Positions 25,300 through 36,477 of a stretch of DNA of 64,000 bases are shown here, piece by piece. Each line of letters opens with the position of its first letter. Position 1 is the first letter of the stretch. The translations under genes and the position numbers were made by a program. The DNA is from Callorhinchus milii (Eukaryota). The stretch lies in the NCBI RefSeq assembly GCF_018977255.1, contig NW_024704743.1:88910001-88974000 (forward strand), given 5' to 3'. The notes beneath the pieces are model-generated. The model saw nothing but the letters and a program-made list of their open reading frames with translations, searched no databases and was not told the origin of the DNA.

Positions 25300-27045
25300 G
25301 ATGTTGGACTTCCTCAAATGTAAAATCGAGGGGATTCGTTCGGCTATATCTTCTCCATCCACCGCTGCCCCCACCCAGCCCTCCCTTCACACCTTTAACC
25401 CTGTCTCCCCCTCTTCCCTCACCTCCATCATCTCAAAAATGAAGCCCACCACCTGCTCCCTCGACCCCCATCCCCATCCCTTCTCCTCACCTCCAAGCTC
25501 CACCTCCTGGCTCCTTTTTTAATCAACATTATCAACCACTCTTTATCCACTGGCACTATTCCCACCCCCCCTAAAAACAGCTGTCATCACCCCATCCTCA
25601 AAAATCCTTCCCTGGACCCATACCTACTCTCCAGCTATTGCCCCATCTCTAACCTCCCATTCCTTTCCAAGGCCCTGGAATGAGTCATCACATCCCAGGT
25701 TTGCTCTTTCCTACCGTTCCCTCTTTGAACCCCTTCAATCAGGTTTCCGTGCTGCCCACAGCATGGAAACATTCCTGGTCAGAGTTACTAACGACATTCT
25801 GAACATCTGCAACCAGGCTCTCACTCCTTGTCCTCCTCGACCTCTCTGCTGTCTTCGACACTATCGACCATTCTATCCTCCTACACCACCTTCTCCTTTC
25901 AGCACAACCTTTGTGGACCTGCCTTTGCCTGGTTCGAATCCTACATCTCCCACCATCTCCACTTTGTCGCCACTAACAGCTTCTCTTCCAGCTCCCGCAC
26001 CGTCACATGTGGCGTTCCTCACGGCTCTGTCCTTGGCCCTCTCCTTTTCAATATCTATATACTCCTTCTCGGTGACATCACCCGCAGACAGAGGGTCAAC
26101 TTCCACATATATGAGGATGACACCCAACTCTACCTCTCTGCCTCCACCCTTGAATCCAGGACCACTGTTGTCCTCACAGAATGTCTGTCAGACATCAAGT
26201 CCTGGATGAGACCTAACTTTCTGCACTTGAATGTCAACAAGATTCCTGCTTGGCTCCCGTCAGCGCCTCCATACTTCCGGTGCAGACAGCATTCGACATC
26301 TCACAGAGCCAATACGGATCCTCGATTTCCTGCTCGACCCTCATTTGTCCTTCATACCCTATCCATGCCATGACTCACTCCGCATTTCCTCACGTCCGCA
26401 ACATCACCCGGCTCCGCCACGGTCTCACGCTATAGGCTGCCGAGACCCTCATACACGCATTCATAGCATCCAGGCTCAACTATGCAAACTCCCTGATTGT
26501 TGGCTTCCCCAACTCCTCCCTTCGTAGCCTACAGATCATCCAAAACTCTGCAGCCTGTGTCCTCTCTTGCACCAGGAACCGTGACCCTATCAACCCCCAT
26601 CCTCACCTGACTCTACTGGCTTCCCATCACACAGAGAATACAGTTCAAGTCCGTGGTCCTCACTTTCATGGCCTCACTACCCCCTACCTCTGTGACTTCC
26701 TAACCCCATACCAACCTGCCCTCCCGCTCTGCTCAGCAGGCTCAGCCCTGCTTCACGTGGCCCGCATTGTCCACCCCACTATTGGCGGGTGGGCCTTCAG
26801 CCACTCTGCCCCCATCCTCTGGAACTCCATCCCTCTGCAGTCCCTCCACCTCATCCCCTCCCTTGCCTCCTTCAAGACCCATCTCAAGCTCCTCCTCTTT
26901 GATCGTGCCTTTGACCCTCCTTACCTCCCTGCCCTCCACCCTCTCCGATCCTGACCCCCAGCTCGGGTTCGAAACACTGATTGACCAGCGCCTTGGGATG
27001 TCCTACCGACACGAAAGGTGCTATACAAATGTAATTTTTGTTGTT
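25300..27045 (+). mobile_element. L2-clade LINE, 5'-truncated ORF2 (RT) and 3' end, decayed
   Basis: GVPHGSVLGPLLFNIY..HIYEDDTQLY..CLSDIKSWM (YADD changed to YEDD); frameshifts; ttgttg tail. Confidence 0.93.
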
Positions 27046-27889
27046 TGTTTTTCTCATTGTTAAAAAAAATACAGATTATTTTTGTTTCCCTTTTATAAAG
27101 TAAAATATAAAATGGTCTTCAAATGAAACTCTTTTCTGGCATTTCCTAAGCATTACATAAGACACAGTGCTCTATGTGAACTGATTTTTCTTTTTCTGAA
27201 AGAATTGACTCATAATAAAAGTGATATCATAACTATCATGTGATCTATAGACATGCCTTTTCATCAAATTGGCAGAATTAAGAATGACCGTGAAGAAAAG
27301 GTTTTAGTGCAACAATGTTTGCATTTTGAACAGTCAATTATCAGATATTTTGAAACGGGTTAGACATTAGATGGCTATTAGATGTGCATTTATATGTATA
27401 GACCATAAATATTCAATTCTCTTTCTTCTAACATTAATGTGGTGAGTGTAATGCATTCATATAGGAAAGGCTTGCTTGCAATGAGCTGAAAGCCGTCTTG
27501 GTAAAGAGTGAATAAGGCCCTCAGCTTCTGAGGTCAAAAAATTAGGTTACAAAAGTTTGCAGCAGTTGAATATAGGTTTGTGTAGTCTTTATTTCTGTGA
27601 AATTGCTAGGAAACTGTGTGTCTATAGATTTATGGGGAAAAAAGCATTTTGTGATTTGCTCACTCAGAATAGGAAGGATACAATTTCTACAAAAGATATT
27701 TTTTCACACAGAATATTGAAATCGTCTGAACTTTTAAGATGTGGGAGGAAAATACTCTTAGTGTTTAAGGATGTGTTACTTTGTTACCATAAACCATTGC
27801 AATTTATGGAAGAATTACTTTTTGGGTTTGCTTGACTTTGTTCTAAACCTTATTTGAAAATAAGCAAGGCAGTTCTGACTGTCTGGATA

Positions 27890-28214
27890 TAATAATAATA
27901 ATAATCCTTGCATTTGATATAGCGCTTTTCACGTCGGGAGGACGTCCCAAAGCGCTTCACAGAACACACTGTAAAGTGAATTGACTGTATATTTGTGGGC
28001 GAATGCGGCAGCCAATTGCTCACAGCAATGTCCCACAAACAGTCGTAGATTGAAAATGACCAATTTAATTATTGTTTTTAGTTTTGGAGGGATTATTATT
28101 AGGCTCTGTGTGGAGTAAGGAAACTTGCCCAAGGTTTCGCCCTCTGCCTGGAATTGAACTCAGGTCTCTCACTTGCAAAGCGAGTGCTCTAACCACTGAG
28201 CTACAGGACTCCAC
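27890..28214 (-). mobile_element. tRNA-Ala-like SINE, short young subfamily
   Basis: Near-identical to 3618-3945 and 61047-61449. Confidence 0.9.
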
Positions 28215-30324
28215 ACAGAGCAAGGTATACAAATATTTCACTTTCGAATGCAAAGGGCATGTCATTTGTATTTCAGTTGTAACCCCATAGTTTGTTTTAT
28301 AGTCTTTGAAATAATTTAATTCAAGGTGAATTTTAGAATTGAGTGATTACAATAAGTTTGATCAGCACATTATGGTTGCAACTGCTAACTATCAAAGTCT
28401 TGCTTCCTTTTGAAACTAATCTAAAGTGACTGGCAAATTCAACTTTTGCGATCCTAGTAACATCCAAACCATTTAGTTGATGTTCTTGTGCAAGACCTAA
28501 CTTGAACATTGTGTTTCCTTTTGAAAACGGAGCCATTTAGCAAATCAAATTTTATCGATAGTAACACTTCAATTTTCCCCTTTCTCCACGCTTCCAATTG
28601 TGTTACTTAAAAAAGCTTCACACTGTATTAGCTTAATAGAATATTTCTACTATCAATTATTTTACATGGCTGCCAATGAACATTTGAAAAATGGTAATTT
28701 CAGGAGTAAAACCAAAGAATTGTCTAATGGTGATAATTGTGTCAGTGTTTAGAGTCATAGAATGTTAAAATTATAGATTGTTCATAGCAGCAAAGCATTG
28801 TTCGGGGACCATGTCTGTGAGCGGTAGCTCACCTACTTTAACCTCATTCACTTTAGCTGTTTGTGGGAATTGTTGTGCGTAAATTGGCTGAAACATTTGT
28901 CTACAAATACAGTCTATACTTTATAGTAAATCTAATGAAGTGCTTTGAAATTGTCTTGACGATATGATAAGACCGTATATCAAGTGCAAGGATTATTATG
29001 TTAGGAAATATGCCATATTTTGATTCATGACTTCTAAGTTTTCCATAAGAATGGGGATAAGGCAATGATCGATCTCACAACAAGAAGATTACATTTGTAT
29101 AGCGCCTTTCACATCAATACTGTACTGCTGACATCTGTTAAGAACTATTGACGAATTATGTTTTTGTATACATGACTTTCCACATTATACAGCAAAAAGC
29201 ACGTGCTGCTTTGAAACTATGTTTACCTGGAAATACATTTCCAGTTAAACTATTTAATTTATTTGAAAAAAGGGATAGTTTCCTGTTCAAGCAGAAACGC
29301 TGATAATCAGGATAGGATTATAAAGATAAAAGCCTGTTCATCAAATCAGAACACTGAACCATTCATGCATTCATCAAATTCATCACATATTAACCTAGAA
29401 AAACAATATTTTCCATTTCACGACTGCTGAAACATTTTTAGGCACTATCTGAGATGTACTCAACTATGATATTTCTTTTTTCTGCAACAAAAGGGGGAGA
29501 GAATCGTGGGATTTTGTAATCAACAAAATACCATGCAAGTGCACATGAGGCATTTCATTGTTTCCTTAGTGGGAGAGAGAAATGAAGGATAATTATCCAG
29601 ACCTGTTTTACTATATTTTCCCAAGCATTGTTTTAACATTAAACATGCTGAAATTACTAACAATTAAATCATTAAAGCCTGGATCTCTTCTGTGCTCTTT
29701 GATGGAGCAATGAGATTGTTTCTTTCAATTCTTCAAAGACATTTTTTTCAAGTCTTTCTCGTGTCTAACCCAAGAGGTACCATTTCATACTGTCAGTGGT
29801 TTTCCTGCTAATTTCTCACATCTATATTCTTAACTTCATTATCGCTTCAGATGTTAAATTAACTTTCACATCTCCATTGCTAAACAGCCTCTTTCATGTG
29901 AAATATTAATTTTATTCTTTACCCTCCAAATTGCCCAATGTTGTGGGTTGCAGGGGATGAAAATATAAAACGTAAGGAGGAATAACTTGACTGAATTGTC
30001 AGCATCATTTCCCCCTTTTGAGTTATATATTTATTGTTCCTCAAACAACATTTATTTTTTTTACACACAAGATTTGTTGTCCTAAAGGTGCATTATTATT
30101 CCAATAGAAGCTGTAATACTCACATTTAAAATTCTGAATTGGTTTTCAATTAGAAAATAGTTAAGTAACGTGTACCTTGATCTATTTAGCCCATTTCAGT
30201 CCATTCAAAATGAAATAGAGTTGCAAAATTTATATGATGTGCTATTATTATGAATATATCAAGTGTCTCAAATATTTTCCATTTAAATATATCTAATCCT
30301 TTAATTGATTCTCTTTGGTATTTC

Positions 30325-30390
30325 TGGTCCCAGCGCCTTGGGACGTCCTCCCGACGTGAAAGGCGCTCTATAAATGGTATCTTGTTGTTG
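30325..30390 (+). mobile_element. 66-bp L2 3' tip with 11-bp target-site duplication
   Basis: TTTGGTATTTC at 30314-30324 and 30391-30401 flank the stem-loop and (TTG)n tail. Confidence 0.88.
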
Positions 30391-33300
30391 TTTGGTATTT
30401 CACTGCGTGCAGTATGTTTTTAGCTCACTTTGGCAATATATAATTGGAAAGAGACAAATGTATTGATGGTTAGAGTAGAGTAATTCTTGGTGACAACCAT
30501 AAAAATCCTTATGTGCATCTATTCAAGAAATGTTAAATGAAAGGACCATGCTATGATTTTTAAATGTACAAAACCGCTTTGATAGCTATTGTAGTCATGT
30601 AACTGTGAATCCATGTCAGTAATATTGAAGCTTTGGATTAAACTAATATGGAGTCATAGAATGTTACAGCAGGGATACAGGCTGTTTAGTCCAACTAGTC
30701 AATGCCAATGTTTATACTCCATACAAGCCTCCACCTCTTCTAATCCCCTCTCCTGTACCCCTTTATTCTCTTCTCCCTAATGTAAATGAATATCATTTTA
30801 TATCAGTTTGGACTTTGAAGTGGGAAGTGATTTTATTTTAAAAGATGGTTAGAGACTATCTATGATTAGAGAGAATTTGAAATGCGTTAAATAAAAAAAA
30901 GGTCACTCAATCCACGATTGTTTGTGGGGCACTGCAATGCTGTCTGCTGCATTTCGCCCACAAAATACACAGTCACTCCACTTTACAATATATTCTGTGA
31001 AACACTTTCAGACATCTCAACGGTGTGATAAGGGAAGTATTATAAAATAGGAACTGACGCAGCTAACGACAGTGCTGTTCAGAGCACATTCTAATGAAGG
31101 AGGATGGCTGTACACTTTTCTGTTACACCACAAATATAGAAATGAATTAGCAAATGTTGGCAAATGCTTTCATGAACCTTTGACTCATGATCAAAAGCTC
31201 TTATGTTTTAAAAAATGATTTTTCTGAGACTTTCTAGTTTTTCATTTTCAATAAATCTGTTGTGCCGCTATTGCTGTTTGGAGTTATTGCTTTAGATCTT
31301 CAGATTATGCCAAAAGATCAAAGAAACAATAGGGATTCAACTAACAACGGTGTTTAGGTACATTCTAATGAGGAAGTCCAAGTGTGCGTTTTTCTGTTGC
31401 TGTTAGCAAATTTCTTATGTTGGACAAATGCTTTGAAGTAAATTGCTTTGGAGCATCCTCTGAATAATATACCATAACACATACATTAGAGGGACAAGTA
31501 CTAAATTTATTTATAGTCATTTTCTTTTCCTTAGCATGTATTTACAAGATTTGTGCTGTATTGAAATCTAGGCACTTACACAGAATACCGTTGGAATGCT
31601 GGCTATAGTACTGTTCCCATTAACAGACAGCATGACCTATGAAGTGAAAATTGAGTCCTTCTTAGGCAGCATAGGATACCCCCAGTCTAACAAGTTCTAA
31701 ATTTATGATCACATATAATGTATTGGATAAAGCATGATCTACTGCAATATCACTAGTCACACTACAGAGCACAATAAACATTATCAATAACACAGATTTC
31801 AAAATTAAAGTAAGTTTAAAAACAAAAGATTGCCAGGGAGGATATGAGATGCATAAAATAGAAAGTGACGCAAATAGTAAGTGTTGTTCAGTTGGTAGCA
31901 CTCTTGCCTATGAGTGAGAAAGTTGTGTGGTCAAGCCCCACTTCATGATTTATAAATAGTGATCAATTAGTTACTTCTTTATAACAAAAATATCTTAATT
32001 TTAGCAATTACATGATAAACTGGCTGAGTTCATAATCTTTGATGACAAAATGCTATCTGTCAGATATGTTTATTAAAGTTTTATTAGCACCATATTAAAG
32101 GTATTTTACAAAAGTTACAAATCTCCCAAGTGATGAAAATTAATGTGAATGTGTGTTATTTGCCCATGTGAAGAAGTTTGGAATTGAACAATAACAACAG
32201 TCCTTGCACTTGGCATCGTTAAAATGTCTCCAAGTACTTCACAAGATTTTACTGTAAGATGTAGGGACCGTGTATTTATAGGTGACCAGTTCAAATGGAA
32301 AGTGAATCTTCCATGACATTTTTCAGCTATAAAATATTTGGAGCGAGAAAGTATCTTTGCACGTGTGTAGGGGAAAGAAAGCATATTTGCATGTATGTAA
32401 GACATTGTTCTGCTGAAAATAGTGGCCTTCACCATTTGATTGAATACTTAACTTATTTTGTTTGTTTCTCTCTCATCCAGTATCCAACTGTGTACTCACA
32501 TTAATCTCAATAGTGCTTCTGCTGATAACTTCACATGTCAACTATTGCATAATTTCAACCTATTAAGTCTCCATGAGTTCTACCATCCATGTGTATCTTC
32601 TTGTGTATTTTTACTTCAACCCAATCCTCTTTACACTTTGTGTAAATGTTATTTCCTGTTAGTTTTCCCAGCATTAATGCATCACCAAAACCACTATCGT
32701 TGTGAATTACAAAATAAAGCTCCCCATCCCATTTTATTACACTCATTAGACCCAGTAACAAACCAGCATGATTCATTTTAAAACTATGCTTTCAGCCTCT
32801 TGAATTTTCCAACAGGGTTCCATAGTTGACTTGTGTTGCTGGGCAACATAAGGTTTCTCAGCCTGCTGCAGCCATGTTGAATAATAAATCCAGCCTTTAA
32901 GTCTACTTTCAAGTAAAAGTAAATGTCCCACATTTATACCAGTAGATTAGCTTTGTTGACCCTTTTATTGTTAAAGCAATGCACTATTGATTTTTTTGGC
33001 TGCAATAGAGATAAGTGTTACCAGAATTTAAAAGAGATGGCAGGCTTCAGATTTGTTCATTTAAATTCAACTCTAGTCAACTTAAGCCTCCCTTTCGAAT
33101 GGCTAGCGAATGCAAGAACATCTATGGAAATCTAGAAGAATTCCAAGACATATTTTAAGTATAAGCTAATGCAGTTGGTTCTGATAACATTTGTTTCAGT
33201 GGTAACTGAATACATTCTAATGTTGGGTGAATTGGCAGAGTACATTCTTTGCCATTGAGTTTGTGAACTGGATGAGATCAGAAACTGGATGGAGCCCCCT

Positions 33301-33879
33301 ATCAGATTCTAAGTAATAGATAATCACTGCTTTGGCCTTATACTGAGAGGAGGTATAGTAATCTTAATCAAGAACAAGAAGTTTCTGTTATTAGTACTTC
33401 TTGTTCTGTTAATATGCAACAAGAATGTAGAACTTATAACCTTGCAGAACATATTTCACATTTGGCAGCATAAGAAGATAAATAGTTGGAGGAGATTGCG
33501 TGAAGGATGGCAGTGTTCCCTCTCACCATTCTGTCGTACTGTATGCTAGTACTCCCAATGTGTTGGGTTACACACTGCTTTGACTCCTTTGTACCACTTC
33601 TGTTCTTTATTTTACAGTGGGCCTAATGTGGTAAGGAATAACTGAATCAAAGTTGCCTTACGTCTTGATTTTATCTATTCAGTGTTAAGGATTATTATGT
33701 CGGTTTTTTTTCCTCATCATTTGTGATCATTTAATAGCCTTTCACCACATCATCTGGTTAACATTTAAAATGGAGTTTCAGAAATGGAATAACAGTGTTT
33801 CAAAATTGTTGATCAGTACAGGAATATTAAATGGTACCAAATATGGTTATTTTTCTAGTATGTGGATGATATGTATGTG

Positions 33880-34262
33880 TGTCAGCCTGGTGCAGTGATA
33901 GCACTCACCTCTGAGTCAGATGTTTGTGGGTTCAAGGCCCATGTTGGTACACTCCAGTGCAGCACTGGGGTGTGTTACATTGTTGGAGGTGCCGACCTTC
34001 AGATGATACATTAAACCGAGGTCCCATCTGCCTGTTAAAATGGACATTAAAGATCCTATGGCACTATTTGAAAAGCGAACTGAGTTTTCCCTGTGTCCTA
34101 GCCAACAAATCCTCCAAATCTTCCACTGGTTGTTTGTGGGACACTGTGCAAACTGGCCCACAAAATAGTCAATCCACTTTACAGTATATCATGTGAAGCA
34201 CTTTGAAATGTCTCGACGACGTGATAAGCCACTATACCAAACGCAAGGATTAGTATTATTGT
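33880..34262 (+). mobile_element. Deu-domain SINE, near full length
   Basis: tRNA-like head (tcagcctgg..agcactc..gggttcaag), Deu core (ggaggtgcc..gatga..ttaaaccgagg..aagatcc.atggcactatttg), L2-type tail. Confidence 0.85.
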
Positions 34263-34333
34263 TATTCTGTTATGTTTTCAGCAATAACTTGATCAGTGAT
34301 GTGCTTTCTGATCCATCTTGTATTTGTTTTCAG

Positions 34334-34367
34334 ATATGACCCAAAATCTGTCAAAAGAAGAAGATGA
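34334..34367 (+). CDS. NBN: Nibrin exon 16, coding part with stop
   Basis: ttcag|A TAT GAC CCA AAA TCT GTC AAA AGA AGA AGA TGA; completes DDLFRYDPKSVKRRR* (human DDLFRYNPYLKRRR). Confidence 0.95.
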
Positions 34368-34768
34368 AATAGTGCATGAAAGCAAATGTCACTGCCAGCA
34401 GACCCTAATCCTCTCAAACAACTGTCCAAAAGCAGCTGAAGATGACTTGATAGTTGTGGAGATTTTTTATGCTTCTAACTAATGGCGCATGTTCCTTGTT
34501 AAATTCCAGTGTTCAAAGTAACCTTTGTCTAAGTTTTATCACCTTTATATTGGCATTGATGGAGAGGTGGACTGGATTCTATATGCTTGCATTATATGAA
34601 TCAAGCAAACCATGGTGGCAGGATGTCAAACAGAAGAATATTTGGTGAATGTAGCAATGCGCTGGAAAATGATTATTTGGGGAAAATGTTTACTTTGAAT
34701 ATACCGAGTGATTCAGAACACCAGTCATGTAATTGTAACAAGAAATCAAGCTTATTTATATGCTTCAT

Positions 34769-34774
34769 AATAAA
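34769..34774 (+). promoter_or_regulatory. Candidate NBN polyadenylation signal
   Basis: First AATAAA I found after the stop (about 400 bp), followed by T/GT-rich sequence. Confidence 0.4.
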
Positions 34775-35629
34775 TCTTACAAATACTGTAGTTAATCTAT
34801 ATTAGTATTTTATTGTACATACTGTACAAATGTATCTTGCATTGACAATATATGCAGTTTCATTAATATTGTGTATTTTACAGCCTTCTTAATATCACAA
34901 TGCTTGTCATCTGTGTTTTAAAAGCACTTCACTTCAGTTTGCCTTTGATTCCAACTTGCTTTCATTTTGTGTTGCTCTATGGATGTTTTTTTCCTGTTAT
35001 TTCTGGCATTTTATTTCTGCAAATACATTTTATTATCCAAATTGAAGCACGTGTATGTTACAATGGGAAAAAATATAATTGTTTAATGAATTACCTTTCT
35101 AAAGAAAAATATCGCAGTGGAAGCCACCGTGATGTGTTGGGAGAGATATAATGTTAATTTGAATTTAAATGAATTGTAACTGCCATGATTAGGTTTATAA
35201 CTTTGGAGTGACTAGCATAAAAACATATTGTTAGTGAGCTACTTGTTTAGATATTAGCAAGAAAATATTCTGATTTCTTTCTGGTTTTCTGGATGTGGTT
35301 ATTTTCTGCATATTTCTATCTTAATCTTTACTTTTTCTTTCTATTTTTCCTTTTCCATATACATTTTATGTTTTATTGCTGTAAATTCCCACTGATTGAT
35401 GGCCATTAATGAAGACAAAATTCTCAAAGCACTCAAAAGTCTGTGAGTGTATTTATGTGCTTTCTAACTCTGGTATATAAATAGCTAAAGTGCTGTACCT
35501 ACAAAACAAAGATTTGACAAGGAATAATTTTGCTGATCGATGAGGAGCTTCAAGAGAACTTTGAAATGCAATTCCTGGTTACTGGTGCATTCAATATCTG
35601 TTTTTGTTGAAACTTGATATAGCATCTAG

Positions 35630-36140
35630 ATCGGCTGAACTATCCTCCTGGGTGGGGGTTGGGGGAGGTAAGTGGAGTCTCTTTGGAGCTGAACAAGTCG
35701 GGCAATGGAATATCAGAATCGAGCCAGTTTTCTATGGCAGTCTCACTAGTCCGGTTTCTGAGCCAAGCGGGTCCGCAGTATTTCAACACATTACTGATGA
35801 CAGCGCAGCCAGCCTGGATCATTGGCAGAACCTGTAGAGACAGACCAGTCACTGGGGGCAGGGACTCCTGTTAACCCTGCATGCCAAAGCCTTAACAGGT
35901 AGGATGGTCCTAGCTGGACAAGCAACGGGAAAGCTTGTGAGAGTGGCAAGCTAGCCATGAGGCTTTATCTGATTAAACTAGCACTACCCCAACACACACT
36001 ATAGGGGTCCCCAAGCTGCGACTCCTGCCAACCTGCGTCAATGTTTTCCAGAATTAGGTTAACAGGATGCATCCCTCCAGCGAGAGAGTATGTTCCATTC
36101 CAACAATATATCTCTAGAATTTCCATGTTTTGGTGGATGT
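35630..36140. repeat. Unclassified ancient dispersed element, about 500 bp (other copies 6183-6350, 8745-8870 reversed, 38525-38830, 49215-49500 reversed, 60840-61760, 63460-63680)
   Basis: Shared colinear motifs across copies: ggagctgaa, tagtcc..ttctgagcca, ctgatgacag, cctgttaaccctg..taacagg, agctggacaagc, ccctccag.gagagag. Confidence 0.8.
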
Positions 36141-36399
36141 ATAGAACTCTTAATCATGTGATGGGTTTCCGCACGTGTCGGACAACCGGATGATCGGAAA
36201 AAAATACTTTTGGGTATTTTTTGGGCTCGTCAAGGTGAAGTATGACTCCCAAGTAAGAGTCGTAGATCTGATTTCTCATCTGATAAATGAATGGGAACAT
36301 TATCCAGTACTTTGGAACAAAAACATTTAAAAGGTGATTGAACATTTGATAGATATAGATGTTCTAATCCAAATTATATACAAAGAGTAAGAGAAACAA

Positions 36400-36477
36400 A
36401 GGGTATAATCAAGATTATATAGAAAAGGAACAATATAGAGGGTATAATCAAGATTATATAGAAGAGGAACAATATGA
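36400..36477. repeat. 39-bp tandem duplication
   Basis: agggtataatcaagattatatagaa(a/g)aggaacaatat present twice. Confidence 0.9.
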
